Positions 20,251-29,642 of a stretch of DNA of 64,000 nt are shown in pieces (the first letter of the stretch is position 1; every line of letters starts with the position of its first letter). The stretch spans positions 96,001 through 160,000 of the forward strand of contig CAVVCZ010000005.1 of the NCBI GenBank assembly GCA_963746845.1, written 5' to 3'. The notes under the pieces were generated by a model, which did no database searches, had not been told where the DNA came from, and saw only the letters and a list, made by a program, of their open reading frames with translations. Both the position numbers and the translations under genes were made by a program. The stretch is from an uncultured Chloroflexia bacterium (lineage in GTDB: Bacteria > Chloroflexota > Limnocylindria > Limnocylindrales > CSP1-4).

Positions 20251-21597
20251 TCAGCGCTTCGCCGCGGCCCCGCTCTTCGCGGTCGCCTTCGATCGGGCGG
20301 TCGTCCTCGCCTCGGCGTGCTCGAACGAGCCGCGACCACCGGCCGGATGGGCCTCCGCGGCCTCGGCGGCGGTCACCGGATGGCCCGGCTCCTCCTTCGG
20401 CGGCGGCACGTCGTAGCGCTCGCGAACGGTCCGGGCGAGGGTGAACGGCTCGCCCGCGTAGCGGTCGGCGACCATCCGGTCGAACGCGTGAACGGACGCC
20501 TCCTGGTTGGAGTAGCGGCCGCTGACCCACGAGCGGGAGCGCGTCCCACGCTGCTGCATCTCGCAGACGTGCCAGTCCTGGGTGTTCGTCAGGTCCCAGA
20601 ACGCGATCGCGTCGGACGGGTCGAAGTCCGGGCTGGCCATCGTCTCGCGCTCGAACAGGAGCTGGCAGATCACCGTCGTCCGGTCCGGGGCGACCGGCAC
20701 GAGCCGGTGGACGAGCAGGTAGTCCGGGTGGATCGACAGGAACGCAAGTGGCCAGACCACGTAGTAGAAGATCTTCCGCTCGTCGTCGCTGGTCATCCCG
20801 CACATCGCGGGGCGCCCGTGGCGCGAGCCCTGGCCGCCATCGAGCGCCATCGTCTCGGCACCCGCGACCAGCTCCATCCAGCCACCCTGCCAGGCGCCGT
20901 CGGGGTCGTAGTCGCCGCCGACGTCGTACGGCGTCAGCTTGTTGAGCTGCGGGTGGAGCGGCGGGCAGTGATAGCACTCCGAGTAGTTCTCGGCGATGAA
21001 CTTCCAGTTCGCGGCGACGTCGTAGGTCATCGTCCGGGCCGGCCGGAGGTCAGCGAACTCGAACCGCCCGAGATGCTCGTCGAGGTCGCCGAGCTGGTCC
21101 GCGAGTGACGCCGCGTCCGGGTCGAGGTTCAGGAAGACGAAGCCCTGCCACGTCGCGCAGCCGACCGGCATCAGCCCGTACGTCTCGAAGCTGAAGTCGT
21201 CGAGGTCGTCGGTGTGCTTCGCCCGGACGAGCTTGCCCTCGAGGTCGTAGATCCAGGCGTGGTACGGGCACTGGAACCGGACGGCCGTTCCGCATTCCTC
21301 CTCGACGACCGCGGTCCCGCGGTGGCGGCAGACGTTGTAGAACGCACGGAGCTGGCCGTCCTTGCCACGGACGACGAGGAGTGGCTCCCCGTCGAGCTCG
21401 GTCTGGAAGTACGTGCCCGGCTCGGGCGCCTCGTCCTCGCGGCCGACGATCACCCAGTCGCGGCGGAGGATGTGGTCGCGCTCCCAGTCGAGGATCGCCG
21501 CATCGTGGTAGGCGCGGCGCGGCAGGAGTCGCGCCCCACGGTACGGGCGGCGGATGGATTCGAGCTCGGCTTCGGTCAGGATCGTCGTGTCCGGCAT
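20251..21597 (-). CDS. Rieske non-heme iron oxygenase alpha subunit (glycine betaine/choline monooxygenase-like)
   Basis: NVCRHRG...CPYHAW Rieske motif; NWK..AENYSECYHCPPLHP mononuclear iron site. Confidence 0.88.
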   Translation of the reverse strand: MPDTTILTEAELESIRRPYRGARLLPRRAYHDAAILDWERDHILRRDWVIVGREDEAPEPGTYFQTELDGEPLLVVRGKDGQLRAFYNVCRHRGTAVVEEECGTAVRFQCPYHAWIYDLEGKLVRAKHTDDLDDFSFETYGLMPVGCATWQGFVFLNLDPDAASLADQLGDLDEHLGRFEFADLRPARTMTYDVAANWKFIAENYSECYHCPPLHPQLNKLTPYDVGGDYDPDGAWQGGWMELVAGAETMALDGGQGSRHGRPAMCGMTSDDERKIFYYVVWPLAFLSIHPDYLLVHRLVPVAPDRTTVICQLLFERETMASPDFDPSDAIAFWDLTNTQDWHVCEMQQRGTRSRSWVSGRYSNQEASVHAFDRMVADRYAGEPFTLARTVRERYDVPPPKEEPGHPVTAAEAAEAHPAGGRGSFEHAEARTTARSKATAKSGAAAKR

Positions 21598-21677
21598 GGC
21601 CCGATCGTCACACGGTCCGTTTCCAATGCTCTCGGGGTTCCATCAGGCGGACCCGCCGTTCCGCGTCCCGCGACGGG

Positions 21678-23378
21678 TCACGGGAGCGTGACCATCTCGC
21701 GCCAGTGCGGGATCTTCGTCGTGAAGCCGAGGGCCTGGACCTTCGGCTCCATCACGATCTGGGCCTCGGGGTCGCCGTGGACGAGGAACACCGTGCGCGG
21801 GAAGCCGGCCGACCCGGGTCCCTTGCCGTCGGTGAAGTGGCGCAGCCAGTCGAGGAGCTCGCTCTCGTCCGCGTGGGCGCTGAAGCCGCTGATCGAGCGG
21901 ATCCGGCACTTCACGTCGCGGACGACGCCGTCGAGCTTCACGGTCGTCGCGCCGGCCTGGAGATGCGACCCGAGCGTCCCCTCGCCCTGGTAGCCGACGA
22001 ACAGGAGCGTCGCGTCCGGATCGTCGATCAGGTTGCGTAGATGGCCGAGGACCCGGCCGCCCGTCAGCATCCCGTTCGACGCGATGATCATGTACGGGCG
22101 CTGGGCCGTGGCGATCGCCTCCGAGTCGTGGACGTCACGCGTCTCGGTCTGCCCCGGAAAGTCGAGCGGCGTGTCGCCGCTGTTCAGCAGCTTGCGTGTC
22201 TCGTCGTCGAAATCGTCGGCGTGGCGGCGGTAGATGTCGGACGCCTTCGAGGCCATCGGCGAATCGAGATAGAGCGGCAGCTGCGGGATCCTGCCCTGCT
22301 CGAGGAGCCGGTCGAGCTGGTACACGATCTCCTGCGTCCGGCCGATCGCGAACGACGGCACGAGGAGGACGCCGCCCGCCTCGTCGACCATCCGGACGGT
22401 CTCGGCGAGGATCCGGATCGCCTCGTCCTCCGGCTCGTGCTCACGGCCGCCGTAGGTCGTCTCGATCAGCAGGTAGTCCGCCGTCGTCTGGATCGTCGGG
22501 TCGCGGATGATCGGCGTGTCCGGCCGGCCGAGATCGCCCGAGAACAGGATCGTGGTCTCGTGCGCGGGACCCGTGCCGGACGGCCCGGCCGCGTCGACCC
22601 GGACCCGGATCATCGCCGAGCCGAGGATGTGGCCGGCGTCGAGGAAGGTCGCGTGGACGCCGGGCGCGACCTCGCGCTCCTCGCCGTAGTCGATCGCCTC
22701 GAACTGCTGGACCGCGCGTTCGGCGTCGTCGGCGGTGTAGAGCGGGGCGTCGAGATCCACAAGGACATCGGGCGGCTGGGCGCGCAGGTCGGCCTCGACA
22801 TCCATGTCCGGGTCGCCGCCGCCGCGATGCGCGGGGAGGGTCACGGGCGCGGGTGGGGCGGGTGGCGAGGTCAGGGCCGTCGGACCCGGCCCGGCCGCCG
22901 TCGGCGGTGGCGGCGCGTCGTCGACGTGCTCGTGGAGTGGCGGCGCCGGGATCCTCCCGGCCGCGACGTCGAGGGCCTCCTGGTAGGCGGCCGCCTCCTT
23001 CGCGTCGTCCGCGGCGACGAGATCCGGGTGGCGCTTCTCCCAGCGCGCCTCGCGCTTGGCGAACTCCTGCTGGAGCTTGCCCGAGTCGAGGAGGACGAGC
23101 TCGGCCAGCTCGCACGTGCCGCGGGTCGCGATGATCCGGTTGCGATAGCCCGCATTGACGAGATGCGGGATCAGCCCGCAATGATCGAGATGGGCGTGCG
23201 TCAGGAGCAGGACGTCGATCGTGGCCGGGTTGTAGGCGAACGGCACCCGGTTCCGCATCGCCTCGTTCGGGCTGCCCTGGAACATCCCGCAGTCGACGAG
23301 GACGCGCGCCCGCCCGGTGTCGAGCAGGTACTGGGAACCGGTGACGGTCGTGGCACCGCCGAGGAAGTGGAGGTCCAT
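21678..23378 (-). CDS. MBL-fold beta-CASP ribonuclease (YSH1/TTHA0252-like) with a long insertion
   Basis: VTGS, DCGMFQG, THAHLDH, AGHILGSA, FSGDLG, FAIGRTQE, GFSAHAD and LVHGD motifs. Confidence 0.88.
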   Translation of the reverse strand: MDLHFLGGATTVTGSQYLLDTGRARVLVDCGMFQGSPNEAMRNRVPFAYNPATIDVLLLTHAHLDHCGLIPHLVNAGYRNRIIATRGTCELAELVLLDSGKLQQEFAKREARWEKRHPDLVAADDAKEAAAYQEALDVAAGRIPAPPLHEHVDDAPPPPTAAGPGPTALTSPPAPPAPVTLPAHRGGGDPDMDVEADLRAQPPDVLVDLDAPLYTADDAERAVQQFEAIDYGEEREVAPGVHATFLDAGHILGSAMIRVRVDAAGPSGTGPAHETTILFSGDLGRPDTPIIRDPTIQTTADYLLIETTYGGREHEPEDEAIRILAETVRMVDEAGGVLLVPSFAIGRTQEIVYQLDRLLEQGRIPQLPLYLDSPMASKASDIYRRHADDFDDETRKLLNSGDTPLDFPGQTETRDVHDSEAIATAQRPYMIIASNGMLTGGRVLGHLRNLIDDPDATLLFVGYQGEGTLGSHLQAGATTVKLDGVVRDVKCRIRSISGFSAHADESELLDWLRHFTDGKGPGSAGFPRTVFLVHGDPEAQIVMEPKVQALGFTTKIPHWREMVTLP

Positions 23379-23432
23379 GCGCGGAGTGTGCCAGTCATGC
23401 CCACTCGGCATCTCGCAGGTCCCCGGACCCGC

Positions 23433-23574
23433 GACGCGCTGGATGCGTCAAACGACGCTCGGTTGGTCGATTGACCGTCCGGCGACGCACCAGCCGCGTC
23501 GATCGACGCTCCAACGGTCCGTTCGTCGCGCAAGGACGGGCTTCACCGGTCGTTTGACGCGCTAGTTGCGTCAA
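23433..23574. repeat. About 140-bp intergenic element with palindromic direct repeats and 12-bp inverted repeats
   Basis: GACGCGCTGGATGCGTCAA (23433) vs GACGCGCTAGTTGCGTCAA (23556); GCGTCAAACGAC (23445-56) / GTCGTTTGACGC (23549-60). Confidence 0.55.
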
Positions 23575-23606
23575 CCCGGGCATCCGGCGGCCGGCCGGAC
23601 GAGCCC

Positions 23607-25472
23607 TCAGCCGATCGCGGTCATCACGATCGCGTCGAGGGCGATCGCGGCGAACAGCAGCGTCAGGTACGAGATCGAGTACTTGTAGAGGCGGATCGCC
23701 CCCGCGGTCGACTCCTCCTCCGAGTCGCCCCGGCGCCACAGCCCATACGCCTGGCGGAGGAACAGCGCCCCGAGGACGACCGCGGCCACGAGGTAGATCG
23801 GGCCCATCCGCGCCACCGCGAACAGGACCAGCGAGATCGCGACCATGAGGATCGTGTACAGGCCGATCTGGCGGGTCGTCTCGGGGATGCCCCGCACGAC
23901 CGGGAGCATCGGGACGCCGGCCGCCGCGTAGTCCTTGCGGATCCGGAGGGACAGCGCCCAGAAGTGGGGCGGGGTCCAGTAGAAGACCAGGGCGAACAGG
24001 ACGAGCGCCGGCACGCCGACGTTGCCGGTGACCGCGGCCCAGCCGATGACGGGCGGCAGCGCCCCGGCGGCCCCGCCGATCACGATGTTCTGCGGGGTCG
24101 AGCGCTTGAGGAAGATCGTGTAGACGACGACGTAGAAGGCGATCGCGAGCAACCCGAGGAACGCGGCCACGAGGTTGACGAAGAACGCGAGGATCGCGAA
24201 CGAGATCGCCCCGAGCGCGATGCCGAACACGACCGCCCGCTGCGGATCGACCTGGTGGGCCGGCAGGGGCCGGCGTCGGGTTCGCGTCATCAGCTCGTCG
24301 ATGTCGCGATCGAGGTAGCAGTTGATCGCGTTGGCGCTCCCGGCGGCGAGCGTCCCGCCGATCAGGGTCCAGACCGTCAGCCAGGCCCAATGGCCGAGCT
24401 GGACGCCGGGCACGAACCGGGTCGCGAGGACCATCGCCGGAACCGTCGTGACGAGCAGCAGCTCGATGATCCGCGGCTTCGTCAGCGCGATGTACGCCCG
24501 AACCGTGTCCTTCGTCGTCGGACGGGCGGTCGTCGCCGGGTCGACGTCGTCGCCGGCCCGGTCCCCGTCGCGGGCCTCCAGGTCGGCGGACGCGGTCCGC
24601 GCCTCCAGGTAGGAGATCGACACGAGCGCGACGAGCAGGGCCCAGATGATCGCCCCGAGGGCCAGGTGGAGCGTCTGCGTCCAGCCCGACAGACCGGTCA
24701 GGATCTGGAGCCCGCCGACGATCGCCTGGATCGGGAACAGGATCGCGGCGATCGCCGCCAGGCGGACGATCGGACGGGTCCGCGGCCGGTACCGCCACGC
24801 CGCGACGAAGACGGCGGCCACGATGAGCCCGACGACGACCGCGACCCAGCGATGGAGGACGTTCGCGGAGTTCGCATCCGTGAGGGTCGGGAAGACCGAG
24901 CCGTTCATCAGAGGCCAGTCCGGGAAGACGTACCACTGGGAGGTCGCGGTCACGTGCGAGCCGAACAGGAGGAGCGCGTAGACCGACCCGGCACCGAGCG
25001 CCGCGATGAGGGTGAACCGCTGGCTGCCGCGCCCGGTCAACCGGGCCGGGTACAGCGATCGGGCGAGGATCCAGACGAGCAGCCCGACCAGCGCCATCGC
25101 CGAGGCGAGATGCGCCGTCACGGACTCGCCGGTGTTCTTCTGGGCGACCGTCTCGCGTCCGAGCCACGCCTGGAACCCGACGAGGAGGACCGCGACGACG
25201 GTCGCGATCACGAGCGTCCGGCGGGAACGCAGGTCGACGAACGCGAGGATCGCGAGCCCGATGACCTCGAAGCCGATGATCACGGCCACCGTCCGGTGGG
25301 CCCACTCGATCCAGGCCTTCGCGTCGTCGAACGGCGGGATGACCTGGCCGTGGCAGAGCGGCCAGTCCGGGCAGCCGAGTCCGGACCCCGTGGCTCGCAC
25401 GATCACCCCGATCGTGACCAGCAGGATCGCGGTCACGACGGTCGCCGCAGCGAGCTTCTGGAAGCGGGTCAC
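23607..25472 (-). CDS. ctaB: Fused heme A synthase (CtaA/COX15) and heme O synthase (CtaB/CyoE)
   Basis: N-half GSGLGCPDWPLC, EWAHR and several conserved His; C-half LTKPRI, DRDID..M.RT..RP, NIVIGGAAG, WTPPHFWAL; AGGAG RBS. Confidence 0.9.
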   Translation of the reverse strand: MTRFQKLAAATVVTAILLVTIGVIVRATGSGLGCPDWPLCHGQVIPPFDDAKAWIEWAHRTVAVIIGFEVIGLAILAFVDLRSRRTLVIATVVAVLLVGFQAWLGRETVAQKNTGESVTAHLASAMALVGLLVWILARSLYPARLTGRGSQRFTLIAALGAGSVYALLLFGSHVTATSQWYVFPDWPLMNGSVFPTLTDANSANVLHRWVAVVVGLIVAAVFVAAWRYRPRTRPIVRLAAIAAILFPIQAIVGGLQILTGLSGWTQTLHLALGAIIWALLVALVSISYLEARTASADLEARDGDRAGDDVDPATTARPTTKDTVRAYIALTKPRIIELLLVTTVPAMVLATRFVPGVQLGHWAWLTVWTLIGGTLAAGSANAINCYLDRDIDELMTRTRRRPLPAHQVDPQRAVVFGIALGAISFAILAFFVNLVAAFLGLLAIAFYVVVYTIFLKRSTPQNIVIGGAAGALPPVIGWAAVTGNVGVPALVLFALVFYWTPPHFWALSLRIRKDYAAAGVPMLPVVRGIPETTRQIGLYTILMVAISLVLFAVARMGPIYLVAAVVLGALFLRQAYGLWRRGDSEEESTAGAIRLYKYSISYLTLLFAAIALDAIVMTAIG

Positions 25473-25585
25473 GGGTCTCCTGCGGGGAGGGACGGGGGAC
25501 GAGCAGGACGGGCGCCATTCTAGCGCCGTACCCCGGTTCCTCGTGCCGGAATGCGCGAGTGAGCGGTCGGCCGTAGGCTGTCGGC

Positions 25586-26524
25586 ATGCACCTTCCCACC
25601 CGCGCCGTCGCCGCGATCGTCGGCGCCCTGATCGTCGCCGCGGGCTGCGCGGTCGGGGGCGCCGGGAGCGCGCCATCTGCGACCGGGCCGACGGCGTCCG
25701 CCGTGAAGCCGGCGGGCTCCGCCTCGTTCCTGCCCGTGCCGGTGTCGTCGGAATTCGGGGTCGGGCTGAACCGGGTGGTGTTCGGTCTGCTGGACACGAC
25801 CGGGACGAAGTCGGCGGCGACGCCGGATCGGACCCTGGCGATCGGCTACCACGGCCCGAGCGGCGAGACGATCCCGTCGACGCCGACGATGTTCGTCTGG
25901 GCCGTCGAGGGGACCAAGGGCGTCTACATCGGCCAGGCGACGTTCGCCAGCGCCGGACAGTGGATCGCCGACTTCACCAGCGCGGCACCCGGGTCCCCCG
26001 CCGCCACCGTGTCCTTCTCGTTCACCGTCAAGCCGCACACGACCGTCGTCTTCCCGGGCGATCCGGCGCCGTCGGTCAAGACCCCGACCCTGGCCGACGT
26101 CGGCGGTGACGTCGCGAAGATCTCCACCGACACGAACCCGGTGAAGCGCTTCTACGAGACCTCCGAAGCCGACGCGCTCGCGGCGAAGAAGCCGTTCGTC
26201 CTGATCTTCGCCACACCGAAGTTCTGTCAGACCGCCACGTGCGGCCCGACACTCGACAAGGTCAAGCCGATCGCGGCCGCCCATCCGGACGTGACGTTCA
26301 TCAACGTCGAGCCGTACCAGCTGACCGACGCGAGCGGCTCGCTCCAGCCCGTCCTGACCACGGACAACCAGCTGATCCCGGTCGAGGCGACGACGGCGTT
26401 CAAGCTCCAGTCGGAGCCGTACGTGTTCGTCGTGGATTCGACCGGGAAGGTCTCGGCGTCGTTCGAGCTCGTCTTCTCACCCGAGGAGCTCGACGCGGCG
26501 GTGAAGGCGGTCGAAGCCGGCTAG
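25586..26524 (+). CDS. Lipoprotein with a C-terminal thioredoxin-like domain (CxxxxC)
   Basis: Lipobox AAGC; FATPKFCQTATCGP...FINVEPY...SEPYVFVVD; leaderless TAGGCT. Confidence 0.75.
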   Translation: MHLPTRAVAAIVGALIVAAGCAVGGAGSAPSATGPTASAVKPAGSASFLPVPVSSEFGVGLNRVVFGLLDTTGTKSAATPDRTLAIGYHGPSGETIPSTPTMFVWAVEGTKGVYIGQATFASAGQWIADFTSAAPGSPAATVSFSFTVKPHTTVVFPGDPAPSVKTPTLADVGGDVAKISTDTNPVKRFYETSEADALAAKKPFVLIFATPKFCQTATCGPTLDKVKPIAAAHPDVTFINVEPYQLTDASGSLQPVLTTDNQLIPVEATTAFKLQSEPYVFVVDSTGKVSASFELVFSPEELDAAVKAVEAG

Positions 26525-26548
26525 CCCGGGGCCACCTGGCCGACTCGG

Positions 26549-26932
26549 CTAGGGCGCGTCCTCGAGCCGGACCGCGACCGGGCCACCGGACTCCTGGACG
26601 AACGTGACCCGGATGGGCACGAGGCTCACCTTGTGCTCCGCCAGGTGCCCGGGCGGGAACTGCGTCGCGTTCTCGATCGTGCCGACCCGGAAGTCGACGG
26701 TCCGGCCGTCGGCCGTCCGGATCGAGAACCCCCGGACGTCGCTCAGGCTCGTCGCCTCCACGGCGACCACGACCCCGGTCTCCACCTGCCGGCCCGGCCC
26801 ACCGAGGACCATGGTCCCAACGACCGCAGCCAGGACGACGGCCACCGCGACGGCGAGCAGGAGGATGAGCCGCCGGCGACCGTTGCCGGAGACCGGCCCC
26901 GTCGCGGGCGCCGTCGAGGGTTCGGTGGTCAA
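26549..26932 (-). CDS. Small membrane-anchored beta-rich protein with a His motif
   Basis: TTG start overlaps the pyrE stop; one TM, then GVVVAVE...FSIRT.DG...FPPGHLAEH. Confidence 0.6.
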   Translation of the reverse strand: MTTEPSTAPATGPVSGNGRRRLILLLAVAVAVVLAAVVGTMVLGGPGRQVETGVVVAVEATSLSDVRGFSIRTADGRTVDFRVGTIENATQFPPGHLAEHKVSLVPIRVTFVQESGGPVAVRLEDAP

Positions 26933-27612
26933 GCCCCGGTCCCGCTGCTCCCGGGCGTGTGGAGCGGGGTGCCGTTCGCGCAGAGCGGGCAACCGCCCGC
27001 GCCCGGCTCGTAGGTCGGCAGGTCGAGCCGCCAGAGCGACCGGAGCGGGTAGGTCCGGCCCGTCGTCGGCGAGGTCAGCGTGTTGGTATCGCGGCCGCTT
27101 CGGTCGACGAGGACCGCGCATTCGACGATCTCGCCGCCCATCGCCTCGACCGCGGGGAGCATCGCGATGAGCGAGCCGCCGGTCGTCAGGATGTCGTCGA
27201 CCAGCAGGACCCGCTCGCCCGGCTCGATCCGGAAGCCGCGCCGGAACTCGCGACGGGTCGTCCCATCCGCATCGCGGACCTCCTCGGCGAAGATCGCCCG
27301 GACGCCGAGCTGACGGCCGGTCTCGAACGCGAGGATGACACCGCCGGTCGTCGGGCCCGCCACGAGGTCGACGCGGTCGGACGCGTCGGCGTGATCCGCC
27401 GCGAACGGCGCCGCCCAGAAGCCGCACAGCTCACTCGTCGCGGCGGGATCGCTCAATACGGCGAACTTCTCGACGTACGCGTCGCCGTGCCGGCCGCTCT
27501 TGAGCTGGAAGTGCCCCTCGCGCAGCGCCCCGGAGCTTCGGAACAGCTCCTCGGTCCGGCGCGCGATGGCGGCCCGGGCGCCGATCTCGAGGGCCGGCTT
27601 GATCGTCGTCAT
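26929..27612 (-). CDS. pyrE: Orotate phosphoribosyltransferase
   Basis: GHFQLKSGRH..Y and VLLVDDILTTGGS PRPP motif; follows pyrD. Confidence 0.9.
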   Translation of the reverse strand: MTTIKPALEIGARAAIARRTEELFRSSGALREGHFQLKSGRHGDAYVEKFAVLSDPAATSELCGFWAAPFAADHADASDRVDLVAGPTTGGVILAFETGRQLGVRAIFAEEVRDADGTTRREFRRGFRIEPGERVLLVDDILTTGGSLIAMLPAVEAMGGEIVECAVLVDRSGRDTNTLTSPTTGRTYPLRSLWRLDLPTYEPGAGGCPLCANGTPLHTPGSSGTGA

Positions 27613-27639
27613 CCGCGGAAGTCTAGCCGCGACCGCCCG

Positions 27640-28779
27640 TCAGGGCCGGTACTCGACGCCCTTCGAGGACGGGGCGCCCGGCTTGCGCGGGAGGGCGGTG
27701 CCGATCAGGTCGCGATACGAGCCGAGCCCGAGACGGCGGCACTCCCCGGTGAGCTCGTCGACGAGCCGGACCGGGAGCGTCGGGTCGGCGAAGATCGCCG
27801 TGCCCACCTGGACCGCGACCGCGCCGACGGCCAGGAAGTCGAGGACATCGACGAGCTCCGTGACGCCGCCGATCGCCACGACCGGGATGTCGACGATCTG
27901 GCTGACCTCGTACACGATCCGGAGGGCGACGGGCTTGATCGCGGGCCCGGACAGGCCGCCGTAGATGTTCCCGAGGAGCGGCTTCGAACGCGACGAAGCG
28001 ACCGCGATCCCCGACAGCGTGTTGATCGCCGTCAGCGCGTCCGCGCCGGCATCGGCGATCGCCCGCGCGATCGGTCGGACGTCGGCGACGTTCGGCGACA
28101 GCTTCACGAGCAGCGGCAGGTCGGTCGCCCGTCGGACGGCCGCCGTGACCTCGCCCGCGGCGCCGGCGTCGATCGCGAACTGCAGCCCGCCGCGGCCGAC
28201 GTTCGGGCAGCTGATGTTCAGCTCGATCCCGGCAACCCCGGGCACCCCGTCGAGCCGCCGGACGACCTCGACGTAGTCGGCGACCGACTCCCCCGCGACG
28301 TTGACGATCACCGGCGTCTTCCAGCCGGTCCACGTCTTCGCGTACTTCTCGATGACCGCATCGACGCCCGGGTTCTGGAGGCCGATCGAGTTCAGCATCC
28401 CGCCCGGCGTCTCCGTCACCCGGGGCGTGATGTTGCCGACGCGAGGCTTGAGCGTCGTGCCCTTGCAGCAGATGGCGCCGAGCCGGTCGACCTCGACGAC
28501 GTCGCCGTACTCGATCCCGTAGCCGAACGTCCCCGACGCGACGAGGATCGGGTTCGGCAGGACGAGACCGCGGCCGAGATCGACGGCGAGGTCGACCGGC
28601 GCCCCGAGGAACGGGCCGTCGTCGACCGCCGATGATCTCGTGGGCGGGCCGGAACGGGGTCTCGGCGCGCTCGACGGAGTCCCCGACCCGATCATCGGCT
28701 TGAGCTTCCGGACGGTCGGCGTGCGCTTCGTGGCCACCCGGACGTCCTTCGCAGTCGTGACCTTGCGCTTCGCCTTCAC
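27640..28779 (-). CDS. pyrD: Dihydroorotate dehydrogenase class 1B, catalytic subunit
   Basis: ASGTFG, NSIGLQNPG, ELNISCPN, VKLSPN, AINT and GGLSGPAIKP motifs; start approximate (GTGA overlap with pyrK). Confidence 0.92.
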   Translation of the reverse strand: MKAKRKVTTAKDVRVATKRTPTVRKLKPMIGSGTPSSAPRPRSGPPTRSSAVDDGPFLGAPVDLAVDLGRGLVLPNPILVASGTFGYGIEYGDVVEVDRLGAICCKGTTLKPRVGNITPRVTETPGGMLNSIGLQNPGVDAVIEKYAKTWTGWKTPVIVNVAGESVADYVEVVRRLDGVPGVAGIELNISCPNVGRGGLQFAIDAGAAGEVTAAVRRATDLPLLVKLSPNVADVRPIARAIADAGADALTAINTLSGIAVASSRSKPLLGNIYGGLSGPAIKPVALRIVYEVSQIVDIPVVAIGGVTELVDVLDFLAVGAVAVQVGTAIFADPTLPVRLVDELTGECRRLGLGSYRDLIGTALPRKPGAPSSKGVEYRP

Positions 28780-29642
28780 CAGCCGGACTCCCAGGCGACT
28801 TCCTCGGCGGCGAACACCGGGCCCTCGCGGCAGACCCGCTGGGGTGCGCCGTTCACGCCCATGATCACGCAGCCCAGGCACGCCCCGACCGCGCAGCCCA
28901 TGTTCTGCTCCATCGACACCTGGAGGAACGCCTTGCGACGGGCGGCCGGCGAGCCGAGCGGATCGGCCTTGCCGCCGCCCCGCTTCCGGCCCAGTCGCGC
29001 GACGCCCAGCCGCTCCCGTCGGCCGGCCGCCAGGCGGGCGAGCGCCGCGAGCATCGGCGCCGGGCCGCAGGCGAACGCCTGGTCCGCCCAGGCCTCGTAG
29101 TCGGGCACGAGCTCGGTCACGAACCCGTGATGCCCGACGGATCCGTCGTCGGTCGCGATCACGTACTCGACCTCGTCGGGCAGGAGCGACGACGGGTAGA
29201 CGTCCCGCGCCGACGCGGCGCCGAACAGCATCGCGACCTGACGGCCATCGCGGAGGGCCTCGTCGGCGAGGAACCGGACACCGGCCATCCCGAGCCCGCC
29301 CGCGACGAGGAGCATGTGGCGCGACCGACTGTCGACCTCGAACGGCCGGCCGAGCGGCCCGAGCATGTCGACCGGGTCGCCGGGCCGCAGGTGGGTGAAC
29401 CACTCGGTCCCGCGCCCGATCGTCCGGAAGTGGATCGTGATCGTGCCGCTGACCGGGTCGGCTGTGTTGATCGAGAACGGACGACGGAGGACGAGCCCGG
29501 ACAGGTCGCCGGTCCGGACGTGGACGAACTGCCCCGCCCGCGCTCCGGTCGCGAGCTCAGGCGCGTGGAACGATTGGAGCCATTGACCCGGGAGGATCTC
29601 CCGGCTGTCGACCAGCTCGGTCCGGACGAGCCGCATCGTCAC
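28776..29642 (-). CDS. pyrK: Dihydroorotate dehydrogenase electron transfer subunit
   Basis: GQFV, LRRPFS, GPLG, ACGP.PML and MGCAVGACLGC...C.EGPVF motifs. Confidence 0.92.
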   Translation of the reverse strand: MTMRLVRTELVDSREILPGQWLQSFHAPELATGARAGQFVHVRTGDLSGLVLRRPFSINTADPVSGTITIHFRTIGRGTEWFTHLRPGDPVDMLGPLGRPFEVDSRSRHMLLVAGGLGMAGVRFLADEALRDGRQVAMLFGAASARDVYPSSLLPDEVEYVIATDDGSVGHHGFVTELVPDYEAWADQAFACGPAPMLAALARLAAGRRERLGVARLGRKRGGGKADPLGSPAARRKAFLQVSMEQNMGCAVGACLGCVIMGVNGAPQRVCREGPVFAAEEVAWESGW

